Shown here: positions 41,191-53,800 of the stretch, in pieces
Layout of the letters: the number at the start of each line of letters is the position of its first letter
Position numbering within the stretch: the first letter of the stretch is position 1
Assembly: GCA_002104945.1 (NCBI GenBank)
Contig: MCFH01000006.1
Location: forward strand, 248,001 to 312,000
Source of the DNA: Piromyces finnis finn
Lineage: Eukaryota > Fungi > Neocallimastigomycota
Direction of reading: 5' to 3'
DNA length: 64,000 nt
The notes under the pieces: model-generated
What the model saw: only the letters and a program-made list of their open reading frames with translations
Told to the model about the DNA's origin: nothing
Databases searched by the model: none
Position numbers and translations under genes: made by a program

Positions 41191-42732
41191 AATTATAATT
41201 AATTATTAAATAAATAAATAAATGATAATTTAACTTTTTATTATTATTATTATTATTATATAATATATATTATTTTATATTCTATATATTCTTACATATT
41301 CTTTTCTCTATATCATTATTATTATTTGTATATTTAATAAATAATGTAAAAACTTTATTAGGTTTAAAAATAAATTACCCTCCTTTTTTTTTTTTTTTTC
41401 CTTATAACATAAAAAAATAAAAATAAATGCTCCCATCTTTATATAATTAATAAAATATATGTATATAATTTTCTCTTTTAATTAATATATATAAATTAGA
41501 TACAATGTATATTTCAATATTTTTAATGATAATAAAAAAAAATTACTTTTATTAACATATAAGTCTTTTTTTTTACACAAGTTTTTTTTTTTTTTTTTTT
41601 TTTTTTTGTGAATTAATTACATATTTATTATATATATAATAATAATAAAATATTTAATAAAATATTTAATATTTAAAAAAAATATAAAATAAAAAAATAA
41701 ATGAAAAAAAAAAAAAAAAAAAGAGAAAGAAAATGAAAAACAACAATAAACAACGATAATAATAAAATAAAATAAAATAAAAAAAAATCATTTACTATTT
41801 CTCATATATTATATATTTTAATAACTATGATATTTAAAAAAAAAACTTTTACTTTTCTTTTTATCTTTCTAATAATAAATCTAAAATTGAAATTATTATA
41901 TCATATAAATATAATATATATATATATATAAATGTTATAATAAAAGGTATTTTAGATATAAATATATATATAGGAAATATCATTCAAATTCAAATTATCA
42001 CTTTCTATATATAAAAAAAAATTTATAAAAAAAGTAAATAATAAAAAAATAATAGTTTTTTTTTTTTTTTTAACTACGATTAGTAATACTGAAAATTCAT
42101 AAAGAAACAGTGTAACAAAACTTTTTTTTTCAATTTCCTTTTTTTCTTTTCTTCTATATCTTTTACTAAACAATTAATATTTATCATTTTACTGTACTGA
42201 ATCTATTTTTTTTTTTTTTTTTAAAAAAATTCTAATACTATACTGAAATAATAAAAAAATTTTTTATAATAATAATAACAATAATAATAATAATAAAATT
42301 ATCTTCATAATGGAATAATGGATGGGAATGGTATATTATGAAAATATTACAAATACTTTTTTTAAAATAAAGGTTTTTTTTTTTTTTTTTTTTTGTTAAC
42401 ATAATTTAAATTCTTTTGAAATTTTTATATTATGATAGGTAATAATAATGATGGTAAATACTATTTAATCATCTATTAATTAATGAGGTATATAACTCTT
42501 TTTTTTTTTTTCCATATATATATATATACAAATAATTCGTTTAAATATAAAATAATAAAAATTGGGGAGAGAAAGAAGATAATACAAAAAAGGGTATATA
42601 TTAACTATTCTAATAAAACTATTTCTAATATACTAATATATAATATCATAAAAGAGGTTAATAGTACATAAAAAAAATTAAAGGTAGTAGGAAAATAAAA
42701 AGCAATTTTATAAAATTAAAATTCTTTTTATT

Positions 42733-42773
<41 letters not shown>

Positions 42774-42774
<1 letters not shown>

Positions 42775-42803
42775 GTTTTGGTTTTGGTTTTGGTTTTGGT
42801 TTT
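42774..42803. repeat. (GGTTTT)5 short tandem repeat
   Basis: Five GGTTTT units between poly-T tracts, with TTTTAGG on both sides. Confidence 0.8.
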
Positions 42804-43263
42804 TTTTAGGTATATTATGAAGATTATTTTTTTTTTTTATTCTTATTATTATTATTATTATTATAATTAGGTAGTATATATTATTAATATATCTTTTTTT
42901 TTTTTATAAAAAAATAATATATTAAAAAAAAAAAAAAAGATACAACTATTACTAAGAATATGATTGTATATATTTATATTTTATACTATATATAATATAT
43001 ATTCATTTTCTTTAAATTTATTATGGTTATTAAAATTAGTATTTATTAATAAATTAATATTATATTTTTATGTATATATTCGATTTTAAAATTAAAAAGG
43101 TATTAAAAAAAAAAGTTTTGTTAGTAATTGTTTCAAATATACGTTTCCTTACTAATAAAGATAGTATAATATATTTACTAATTTATACTAATACTATTTT
43201 TTTATTACTATTATTATTATTGATATCATTATTTACTTTTAGTTTGATTACTTTGATTTGTTC

Positions 43264-43303
<40 letters not shown>

Positions 43304-44785
43304 AATTTTATTTATATATTTACTCTATTTAATTTACTTATTTAATTATTTTTTCAGAAAAAATAAATAAATAAAAAAAAACAAAGATTTTATTTTATTT
43401 TAATTACGATGATATTTATTGTTATTATTATTGTTGTTGTTGATGTTGCTTTTATATATATATATATATAATTTTTTGTTTTTGTATTTTTTTGTTTCGA
43501 TTTGTTTTTGTTTTATTATTTTATTATTAGTTTTTTCTTTTATTCTGCATTGTTTTTTTTTTTTTTTGTTTTTGTTTTTTGCTTTTTTTTTTTATTTTTG
43601 CTTTTGTTTTTTTTTTTTTTTCGATATTAGTAATTACAATTTCCTTTATATATATTCTACATTGTATTCATTCGACTACCTTTATTATTTATTTATTCAT
43701 TATTTTTAAATGCTTATAATTATTTACTAACTTGTTAATTTTTCAAAAATAAATGTTTAATATATATAAAATAAAAACAATAATAGGAAATAAAAATAAA
43801 TTTTTATAGTTGGTTTTGATTTGATTTGCTTTTCATAAAAATAATAATATATAATTTCGAATTAGAAAAAAAATTAAAACAAAGTATATTATAAGAATGG
43901 TGATAAAATGTTTTGATTCTTATAAATACTAAAAAAAAAATAAATAAATAAATAAAAAAAAATTAAAATTGTTGTAAAGGTATAACAATTAATAATAATA
44001 AAATATTGGATAGATAAAATAATTTTAATGATTATATATATCCATTAATATCATTATTATTATTAATTATTAGGATAGATGGTGGTTTCATGTTAATTTA
44101 TAGTAAAGGTGGATTAAAATAGTATGATAAATGTTTATAATTGTGTATATTTATGTAGAGTTAGGATAAGAATATTGATGGTGAAAAAAAAAAAAAAGTA
44201 AAAAATATAAATATTATAAAAAATTTATAATAAAAAAAATAAAAAATAACCATTGAATTTTTCTTTTTTTAATTATAATTATTTTATATATTATTTCTTA
44301 CTTTAATGACTAGCATAGGAGTAGTAATATCCGATGATGAATAGTATTAAATAATATATTATTTTTTTTTAAAAAAAAATAAAAGTTAAGAAGAAATTTA
44401 CATTTTTATTATAGTGATAAAATAAAAAAAAAAGAATACCTTTTTAATTTTTTTTTCTTTATTTTAAAAAAAATGAATTGGAGCTATAAATCTGAAAAGG
44501 GAATTTCCTAAATTGATGATTCTAATTTTTTTTTCTTTTAATGATGTTGTTATAATATACATTGAAATTGTTGATGAAAAAAGTAAATAATAAAACGGAT
44601 GAATGATGTTGCTTTTTGGAATAATAAAAAATAAAAAATGCTCTTTTGGTTTTCGCTTTGGATTAAAATACAATTTTAATTTAAAAAAAGATTTCATCTT
44701 TTTTTCTTTTTCCTCTAAATATTTATTTTTTTTTCCTATAATTTTTAATTAAATCTACACCATTTATTTTCTTTAGATAATGTTT

Positions 44786-47700
44786 CTAATTAGATATAAT
44801 GGTTTCACGGGTTACTGTAAATCTACCGATATTTTTTGATTCTGTACTGGTAGTCACATTACTACTAATAACTTTTGATTTATCATCTGGTCTTTTAATC
44901 ACCACTACAGAGGGCTTTAATTTTGATGATGGAGCAGTGATGGATGGGGTCATTGAGGTGGTTACTGAAGTAGTATTATTCACTATAGATGATGCATCAT
45001 TTGAAATGGAATTGTGTAAATTTGACTGTCTTTTGGTAGTTACTTTAGATATAGAATAATTTGGAGAATGTGGATCATTACTTTCTCTTGTTACTGTAAA
45101 ACGACTAGTACTATTATTGGTGTTAGAGCTCGATGTACTTGGTGAACGATAATGTCCTAAATTAGATCTCATCGAAAGTCTACTTGTATTTTTACTCACA
45201 ACTTGACTAGATTTTAATATTGGTGTGGTTGTCGATGCTGTAATCAAGGAAGAATTTTTATTGTTTTCTTTGGTAATAGAGCCAGAACCGGAATGTCCTT
45301 CAGTGAAACTTCCATCGCCTGTTAAATTTAAATCTCGATCAAATATTGTAAATGACTCATTACTAGCATCATTATCTTTCATTGGGAACTTTGATGAAGT
45401 ATTATCCTCAAGTACATTACTGTTCAACGATGAATTGGACTTGTAACTGAAACTAAATGGAGAATTTGGAATAACTGGTGGTTTTTCCATTGGAGTGGAA
45501 AGATGATGATAATATGGTGTGGATGGTGAGGATTCAGATAAATCATTCGTTTTCTCGGTTTCTGAAAGCACTTCATTATCTTCTGTTTTGTCCATGTCAT
45601 CTAAAATGTTATCGGTTTCCTTTTCAGACTTTTCATTATCTTTCGAACAACAGGAAAGAATGATACTGTTGTAACTATTATTATACTTGAAAAATTTAAA
45701 ATAATCACTATTGGTCTCAAGAATTTTATGAGGTGAAGGGGTGGAGTAGCTTGTTGATTCTAATGGATTTGTTTTCTCCTGGAGTATACTACTATTATTT
45801 TCATGACTCGAAACAGGTAGATTTGGCACATCCTGAACATCAGAATGATGTGCGGCATCATTGGTGCTCATGTCAACAGTAGAATTGGTTGTGATAATGG
45901 ATAAAGGTTTAACACTATTATGATACGAGCTAGGTTTAACGCTACTGAGCGCAGGAGAAGAAGCATTAGAATGAATTCCATTTTCAGTTAAAACTGAAGA
46001 TATAGAGCCAATAGTATGCTGATTGACATTGCTTATCGGCTGTTGTAAATAATTTGAAGTACTAACATTGACATTGGCACTGGTAGTAATATTACTTGAG
46101 GTTAAGGAATGATTGGAAGCCGGACGTCCAAGTCGGTTCTCTTCCATATAATTATTGAAAAGAGAAGAGGAACGATTGGCAAAGTCATTAATTTCTACTT
46201 CATGTTCCACCATGTCATGATAATTCTTAGGTTCATCAACAGAACTAGTATCGTTATTCAAAAGTCGAGTACTTAACCTATTCAAATTAATTTTTGAAGA
46301 TTCCATGGATTTCTTGGAACAAATAGAATTATTACTTGGTGACATAGCACCAGGGGTATATATCACTTGGAATCTAGAATTAGAACTCTTTGTTTTATGT
46401 GGTCGACTATATGGGGATACAGAAGGTGATGGAGTGATTGAAGATGTAGAAACAGAATGGAGTGAACTAAAGGATTTATTAATATCATGAGAATATAAAG
46501 AGGAAGGCACATTCTTTCCTTTTTCCAATTTTGAATCAATCTTTGATAGTGTGAACTGTTCATAATTATCCTCGGAATCCTCAATGTCATCTTTAACACT
46601 AGAATTATAATTGGTGTTGAGGTAGTCAGGATCAAGACTATTATTGCTTTTTCTTCTTTTATAGTCAGCTGCACTAGTAGTGGCAGAACGATGGTGTTCT
46701 TTATTAAGAAAATCACTAGAAAGAGGAGTGTGGGCAATGATAAGAGAATTAGATTTCTTTGGCTTAATGCCTGGATCTTTTTGTTTATACAATTCATTCT
46801 CATTATCATTCTTAGGAATAGATGAGCTAAACTTTAAAAGTGAAGAGGTCACTTTTTTATCCAATTCAGAGGTGAGATAAGAAGCTGAAGCTGGTTGTGA
46901 ACAGGATCTTTTTCTCATGGCTACTTTTGATGGAGAAGATGAAATGGATGACATTGTTGTAATAGATTCTCCATTTTCGTCTTCTTCACCTTTTGTAACA
47001 ATAAAGACACGATGACCATTATTACTTGGATATATGGGCTTTGTTACTGTAAATCTACCTTTTTGAAATTCTTGAACCATTGAATCTTCACTTTTTATAG
47101 ACTTTATCATTGGTGAATATGTTTTATAGGAGCGTACAGAAGAAATTGAAGGTGATCTTCTTCCTAAATTTGATAGTCCACCATCAGATTTTAAGGAGAG
47201 TTCCTTGGATGGTAATTTTGACTGATTCTCTTCAAATGGATGAGGATGGCTCTGAATGCTGACATCACTTTTTGGATTTTCTGTTGGTGTCTTGTTCTTT
47301 AGTTCGAAGGAGCAAAATGATTTACGGGATTGATGACTAATACCACCTTTTAAATTAATTTCTCTTTGACTTGTCGACAATGAACTTTCTGTATTATCTT
47401 TCTTTTCAACGGTATTTGTTGAATTGTCAGGGAGTGCGGTAATACTATCAGATTTAGTTTTATCATTGGTATTGGACCATAAAATTTTTGGGTTTAATGG
47501 TTTGTTAATTGGAGTGGAAGTTTTGTTGATTTCTGATGGAGTGAAACGCGTATCTTCGATGGCATCTTCATCAGGAAATTCTTGAATATGATGTAATGAA
47601 AAGGTTAAGGACTCGTTATCAGATACCTTTTGTAGACGACCTGGTCCATTCAAAATATTTAATTCGCGATGGCTTACCGATTGACTATCTTGACACGTCT

Positions 47701-49630
47701 TTCGTTTCAAATCACTACCTAATCGATCTAAATAATCTTGAGTAGTGGAGGATGCAAATGAACTTGTTGTATTGTAATTATTAAACATAGATTCACGTTT
47801 AGAAAAATTATTCTTCCTTTCCTCTTCAGTTGGGGGTATAAATATAGACATATCCAAGGGAGGACCCGAAGATTTAGTAGAACGATGAGTATGACCATAA
47901 TAAGAATGTGTGGTACGACCAGTACCTAATGAATATTCGCTTTCAGCATCAAGTCGAAGATCATCTTCCTCATCTGATATAGAAATAATATGAATACCAA
48001 CTACTTCTGCAAATTCACGTGCAGAAAGGTCTTCTGTACAAACTGTGTTGTTTTCTTCCATTTCCATACGGCGACGTAATTCGTCCCAATCATATCCACT
48101 ACCTGAATTGCAGGTTGAATAGGCATGATGAATAGAATCATCGATAGATGATGAAAGTGAATTTCTGTAATATGATTTTCTACCGTTCTTCTTTCCAAAT
48201 AACTTTTTAAAGGAATTCCATGTTTTTTTCTTTGTTTCTGTTGATACAGAATTTGGTGACACTAAATTATGATTTATTTTAGTTGATGGGGATAATGAAG
48301 ATGATGAATTAGAAACTATTATTTCTTGATCAACCTTGGTGGTATTAACACTTAATGAAGCATTATTTTTCTTATCCTTTTTCTTTGAATGTTTTAACAT
48401 TTTTTGTTTAGCCTTATCCTTTCCTTTTTTGTGGGATTCTTCCTTGAAAAACTCACTGTCTACGACAGGATTTCCTTTAGAAATAAAATTCATTGAAGGG
48501 GTATAAGATCTAACTTCAGTAATGGGTTCAAAAGAGGATTGATCTTTTTCAGTAATGTTCTGTTGAGTCATGGCAGTTGGTTTATTTCCGTTAGTATATA
48601 GTAAGCGATCCACTTCTTCATCTCCTAAACTATTATTATAACTTTCAGATCCATTAATAGGAGTGATACAACTGAATGCTGGACTACTAGGTGTTACCAT
48701 GCCAAGGCATGTTGGAAAAGAAAAATTCAATATTGAATCATTATCAAAATTAAATTTGAATTGATTTTCCTTTGAAATTTCTTTTGGAGTAGTAAAGGAA
48801 GATGATGATGGTGTATTACCACAATTACTTTCATTATATTTTTCTACAACTGCATTATTTTCTAATGAAAATGTCGTTGCTTCTGAATTGATGTCAGAAG
48901 GTCTTCTACTTTCTTTTCTCTCTGATCTATCAATGACCAAATTAAATTTACTTTTTTCATGGATTGTATCTGAAGTATGATCCGAAGTATAGCCAATGAA
49001 ACCTTGTTTTTCTTTAATATCAAAGTTATCATGTTGAAATTGCGAGGCTTCATTATAACTTCTGATAAGATTTGTTGATGATACATCATTTTTTGGAGCA
49101 TCCTGAAATTTACGAACTGGTTGTTTTCCTGTATATTTACCTGTCATTGCATCTTTCTTTGAGAGACTTGAAGAGTGATGGAGAAAGCCTTCCATTATAT
49201 TTGATTTAATTGCAAAATCTCTTTGCTCAGATTTACTTTTTTTATATTTCTTATTCTTGCGCTTTTCTTTTTTAACCTTTTTACTTTTTTCTTTTTTGGA
49301 TAATTCATATTGATTTTCTTTTATTACTTTTTGGTGATGTTGAATATCTTTTAATAAAGATGAATCAACACCAACAACGACATTTTCTTTGTTATCCTCA
49401 TTACTTTCGTTTAATTCATTATCACCATTATTTTTATTTTCTTCATTATTAGTAGTTGATTTGACTACTTTAAGATGTGAAAGAGTAGACGTATTACTTT
49501 TATTTTTCTTGTCAACTATTGTTTTTTGATTTGGTTTTTGGTGGTCTTTTTCTTTATGTTCTATTCCATTCAAATTATTAGATATAATATCATTTTTGTT
49601 GGTTCTATTGAATAGCTTGAATGAATTCAT
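44786..49630 (-). CDS. Large intronless Ser/Asn/Lys-rich, mostly disordered protein of unknown function (1614 aa) with four [S/G]RFxV motifs
   Basis: 4845-bp uninterrupted ORF with clearly higher GC than its flanks and non-repetitive protein-like composition. One probable ordered block (YDWDELRRRMEMEE...DLSAREFAEVVGIHIISISDEEDD...GPPLDMSIFIPPTEEERK). I recognise no catalytic domain. Confidence 0.85.
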   Translation of the reverse strand: MNSFKLFNRTNKNDIISNNLNGIEHKEKDHQKPNQKTIVDKKNKSNTSTLSHLKVVKSTTNNEENKNNGDNELNESNEDNKENVVVGVDSSLLKDIQHHQKVIKENQYELSKKEKSKKVKKEKRKNKKYKKSKSEQRDFAIKSNIMEGFLHHSSSLSKKDAMTGKYTGKQPVRKFQDAPKNDVSSTNLIRSYNEASQFQHDNFDIKEKQGFIGYTSDHTSDTIHEKSKFNLVIDRSERKESRRPSDINSEATTFSLENNAVVEKYNESNCGNTPSSSSFTTPKEISKENQFKFNFDNDSILNFSFPTCLGMVTPSSPAFSCITPINGSESYNNSLGDEEVDRLLYTNGNKPTAMTQQNITEKDQSSFEPITEVRSYTPSMNFISKGNPVVDSEFFKEESHKKGKDKAKQKMLKHSKKKDKKNNASLSVNTTKVDQEIIVSNSSSSLSPSTKINHNLVSPNSVSTETKKKTWNSFKKLFGKKNGRKSYYRNSLSSSIDDSIHHAYSTCNSGSGYDWDELRRRMEMEENNTVCTEDLSAREFAEVVGIHIISISDEEDDLRLDAESEYSLGTGRTTHSYYGHTHRSTKSSGPPLDMSIFIPPTEEERKNNFSKRESMFNNYNTTSSFASSTTQDYLDRLGSDLKRKTCQDSQSVSHRELNILNGPGRLQKVSDNESLTFSLHHIQEFPDEDAIEDTRFTPSEINKTSTPINKPLNPKILWSNTNDKTKSDSITALPDNSTNTVEKKDNTESSLSTSQREINLKGGISHQSRKSFCSFELKNKTPTENPKSDVSIQSHPHPFEENQSKLPSKELSLKSDGGLSNLGRRSPSISSVRSYKTYSPMIKSIKSEDSMVQEFQKGRFTVTKPIYPSNNGHRVFIVTKGEEDENGESITTMSSISSSPSKVAMRKRSCSQPASASYLTSELDKKVTSSLLKFSSSIPKNDNENELYKQKDPGIKPKKSNSLIIAHTPLSSDFLNKEHHRSATTSAADYKRRKSNNSLDPDYLNTNYNSSVKDDIEDSEDNYEQFTLSKIDSKLEKGKNVPSSLYSHDINKSFSSLHSVSTSSITPSPSVSPYSRPHKTKSSNSRFQVIYTPGAMSPSNNSICSKKSMESSKINLNRLSTRLLNNDTSSVDEPKNYHDMVEHEVEINDFANRSSSLFNNYMEENRLGRPASNHSLTSSNITTSANVNVSTSNYLQQPISNVNQHTIGSISSVLTENGIHSNASSPALSSVKPSSYHNSVKPLSIITTNSTVDMSTNDAAHHSDVQDVPNLPVSSHENNSSILQEKTNPLESTSYSTPSPHKILETNSDYFKFFKYNNSYNSIILSCCSKDNEKSEKETDNILDDMDKTEDNEVLSETEKTNDLSESSPSTPYYHHLSTPMEKPPVIPNSPFSFSYKSNSSLNSNVLEDNTSSKFPMKDNDASNESFTIFDRDLNLTGDGSFTEGHSGSGSITKENNKNSSLITASTTTPILKSSQVVSKNTSRLSMRSNLGHYRSPSTSSSNTNNSTSRFTVTRESNDPHSPNYSISKVTTKRQSNLHNSISNDASSIVNNTTSVTTSMTPSITAPSSKLKPSVVVIKRPDDKSKVISSNVTTSTESKNIGRFTVTRETIISN

Positions 49631-49664
49631 TTCTATAAAAAAAAAATATAATATAAATAAAATA

Positions 49665-50245
<581 letters not shown>

Positions 50246-50604
50246 TCTATATCTATTAATTATTTATTAATATCTATTAATTGAATGTTTAATTTAATCC
50301 CACCATATCTTAATGTCTTGTTTATGTTATTAAATTATATTCCATTTAAAAAAAGGCTTATATAATTATAGATTTTATGTTTCTTTGTTTAAGTATCCTT
50401 TTGTCTCAATATAATAAATTTTTAATCATTAATATTTAAAAAGTTAAAAACAAAAAAAAAATGTTACTCTAAAAGGATTAATTTACATTTAAAAATTGAA
50501 TTGCCTATATCCAAAAGCTATTAAAAGATAATTTATAAAAAATTATAAAAATATATTAATATTTCTTGTATATTATATTTTTACTAATAATATTATTGTT
50601 TATT

Positions 50605-50870
<266 letters not shown>

Positions 50871-53800
50871 ATACTATTATTATTTTATTGTTGATATTAT
50901 TAATGTTTTTTATAAAAAAAAAAAATACCAGATATATGGTTAGCTATTATTGGGGAGTAATAAAAATGTTTTATTTTTATAGGGATAATATTTGCTTAGA
51001 TTGAATTATTATTTTTTTGGTTTTCTTTGTAACTTTTTTTTATTTTGTTTCTTAAATATTATAAGAAAAAATATAAATATTATTTAAAATAAATAATATT
51101 TATAAATAAAAGATTATATTTTATCTAAATAAATAAATAAATAAATATTAAATACACTTTAGTAAAAAGAAATTAGTAATTTATTGTTATATAAAAATTA
51201 ACCTCTTGAATAATAACTTGTTAGTTGAAATAAAGTTTCATTTGTTAATAGTTCTACTTCTCACCATTAATTTCTAATAAAAAATATAAAATTAAAAATA
51301 TTATTATTAATTAGTAACATTGTGCTTAATAGTAAAGTAAAATAAAAAATCACTATATATTATTAATTTAATCTATGCTATTTATGTTGCAAGGTCCATC
51401 TAATTTATTGTTTTCGTAATAAGCAAACATTCTTTAAAATAAAACTATCTTTTATTAAGACATTTAATTATTTATATTTATAGCATAGTAAAAAAAAAAT
51501 AGATTATTCTTTAATTCGTATATTCCTTTTTTTTTTTATGATTAAGCATATAGTATTAACGGGATAACACGTTATTGATTTAATGTATAAATAAAAGCAT
51601 TATCGCAATTTTCTTTTCTTTGAATAGAATAAAAATTTTATTTCATCAATGAAAAAGGATTTTGTTTGTTGGCTTTAAAAATTATTGTTTTAATAAAACT
51701 TTAAAATATTATTATTCAATAGTATTGATTATTTGTCTAATTTTGAAATTTTAATCAAAGTCTATTTCTAATGTATCAAAAAATAAAATATTATTATTAT
51801 ATTCATATTTATAAAATGAACTTTTTAAAAAGTACTTTTTATTTCTTTTCATCATTATTGGCTTATTATTTTATTCTTTTTTTTTATTTAAAAAAAAAAA
51901 ATTTCATTGCCATTTATTTTGTTTTATATATTATAATTTTAATCTTTAAATTTATTTGTTGGTAAAAATTTTTTTTTGGTATTTACTAAATAATAAAGTT
52001 TAAACATAAAATAAATAATTAATTAAATAAATGAATAATTAATAAAATAAATAAATATTACTAATTAATATTTAAATGTATGAATAACTAATAATTAAAT
52101 AAATAATAAAAGTAGAGAAAGGAATACATTTCATTCATTCTCTCTACCCATTATTTAATATTAAAAATAGGATTAAACCAAATATTATGCATGCATAGAA
52201 TTATACAGCTTTCATTGATGCCCATATACCCTATACTAAGTACTTTTTTTCTTTCTTTCTTGACATTTACCCTTTTTTTTCTAACCAATTTCTATATAAA
52301 ATTCCAATATATTGCAATATATTGTAATCAATACAAATATATGGTATTAGTCAATAGTTCATAGTATTATAAAATGAATAATTTTAATAGAAATTAAAAT
52401 TATTGTTCAATACTTCATTGATATAAATTTATACAGAATTGAAAAGAAGTAATAAAAATATATTATATATTATATATGAAAGATTATATTCTAATATATT
52501 TAAGATAAATTAATTTAAGCAACTAAATTTTAATTTATAAAACTTTATCATTTAAAATGCATATATTAAAGGATTTATTAAATCAATATTTAATATATAA
52601 TTTCATATTTTTTTAATTAATACTATTTTTGATAGAATAAATTCCATTACACTCTAATATATGATTCTAGAAATTAAATAGTAAATGAAACTCTATTCAT
52701 TGATATATTTTCAATTCAATTGTAATAGAATAAGGAAAAGAAAGAAGTAAAAGTTCATGGCTAACGCTATAAAAAAAAAAAGATAGTCAAGATAAAAAAA
52801 ATAAATAATTTATTCCTATTGATATCTTTGATATCTTTTAAAATAAATTAGTTGTTGAATGGTTCATGCCTATTTAGTATCTTTTATTTTTCAATTTTTT
52901 AAAAAAAATTGATAGATAAATAGAGTTATCAACAGTTATAATTTTTTTTAGAATGCTTTGGCTTATTCTATATACCAAATTTAGAAAACGACACTTTTTT
53001 TTTATACCAAAAATGTAGCATTTTTAAACTAAATGCCCTATATATTATAATGTATTGTAATATATTTTATAAACTATATTGTACTACATTAAAGTACTAA
53101 TAAAAATCCCATCTTTTATTTCTGGAAAGTGCATAAAAAAAAGTTCAAAACTTTAATTATTAAAATAAATTAGATTTTATGGATAATAATAAATTATTTA
53201 AAATAAATTAAATAATATATGGTGGGAAATGTATTATAAAATACACGTTTATATATTATTAATAATAAATTAAAAAATTTTATAAAGTATAATTTGGATA
53301 GATTGAAGAATTTCCATAAAAGGAAAATTATCTTTTTTTTATTTTCCATGTTGACTTGAAAATGATGATTGAAACTATTGTAAAATAATGTATACAAATC
53401 AAAATAAAGGATTTATTATTGGGCAATGTATTGAAATAATGTATTTTAAAAAAAGTCCCATGAATAGAAAGTAAAATGGGAGATAAACTAAAATCCAGTG
53501 TTCCTTTAGCAGATATGACATAATTAAAGGTTATACCAACGTATTAATGGTCTATTATAGAAAAAAGATGGATTATTGTCTTTTATAAGAAATTATTATT
53601 ATCAAACATAGACATGGTAGGTCTACAGATCAAATCTACATTAAATTCAATGATTATAACATACATTACATAAATTTATGTAAATTTTACATTTATTGAA
53701 AGTTTTATCCTGTTTTAGCCTTGTATTAAATATATTACTGGTATGGATGAATTAAATGAATGAAAATAAAGATATTATATTATTCATTTTATCTATTTCA

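Noticed and set aside
44799-49101. Small overlapping ORFs within the 1614-aa gene
   Set aside because: Alternate-frame or antisense shadows with no independent start context or recognisable motif.
53450-53760. Less AT-rich patch resembling a decayed coding fragment
   Set aside because: Stops in all frames and no recognisable retroelement or host-gene motif.
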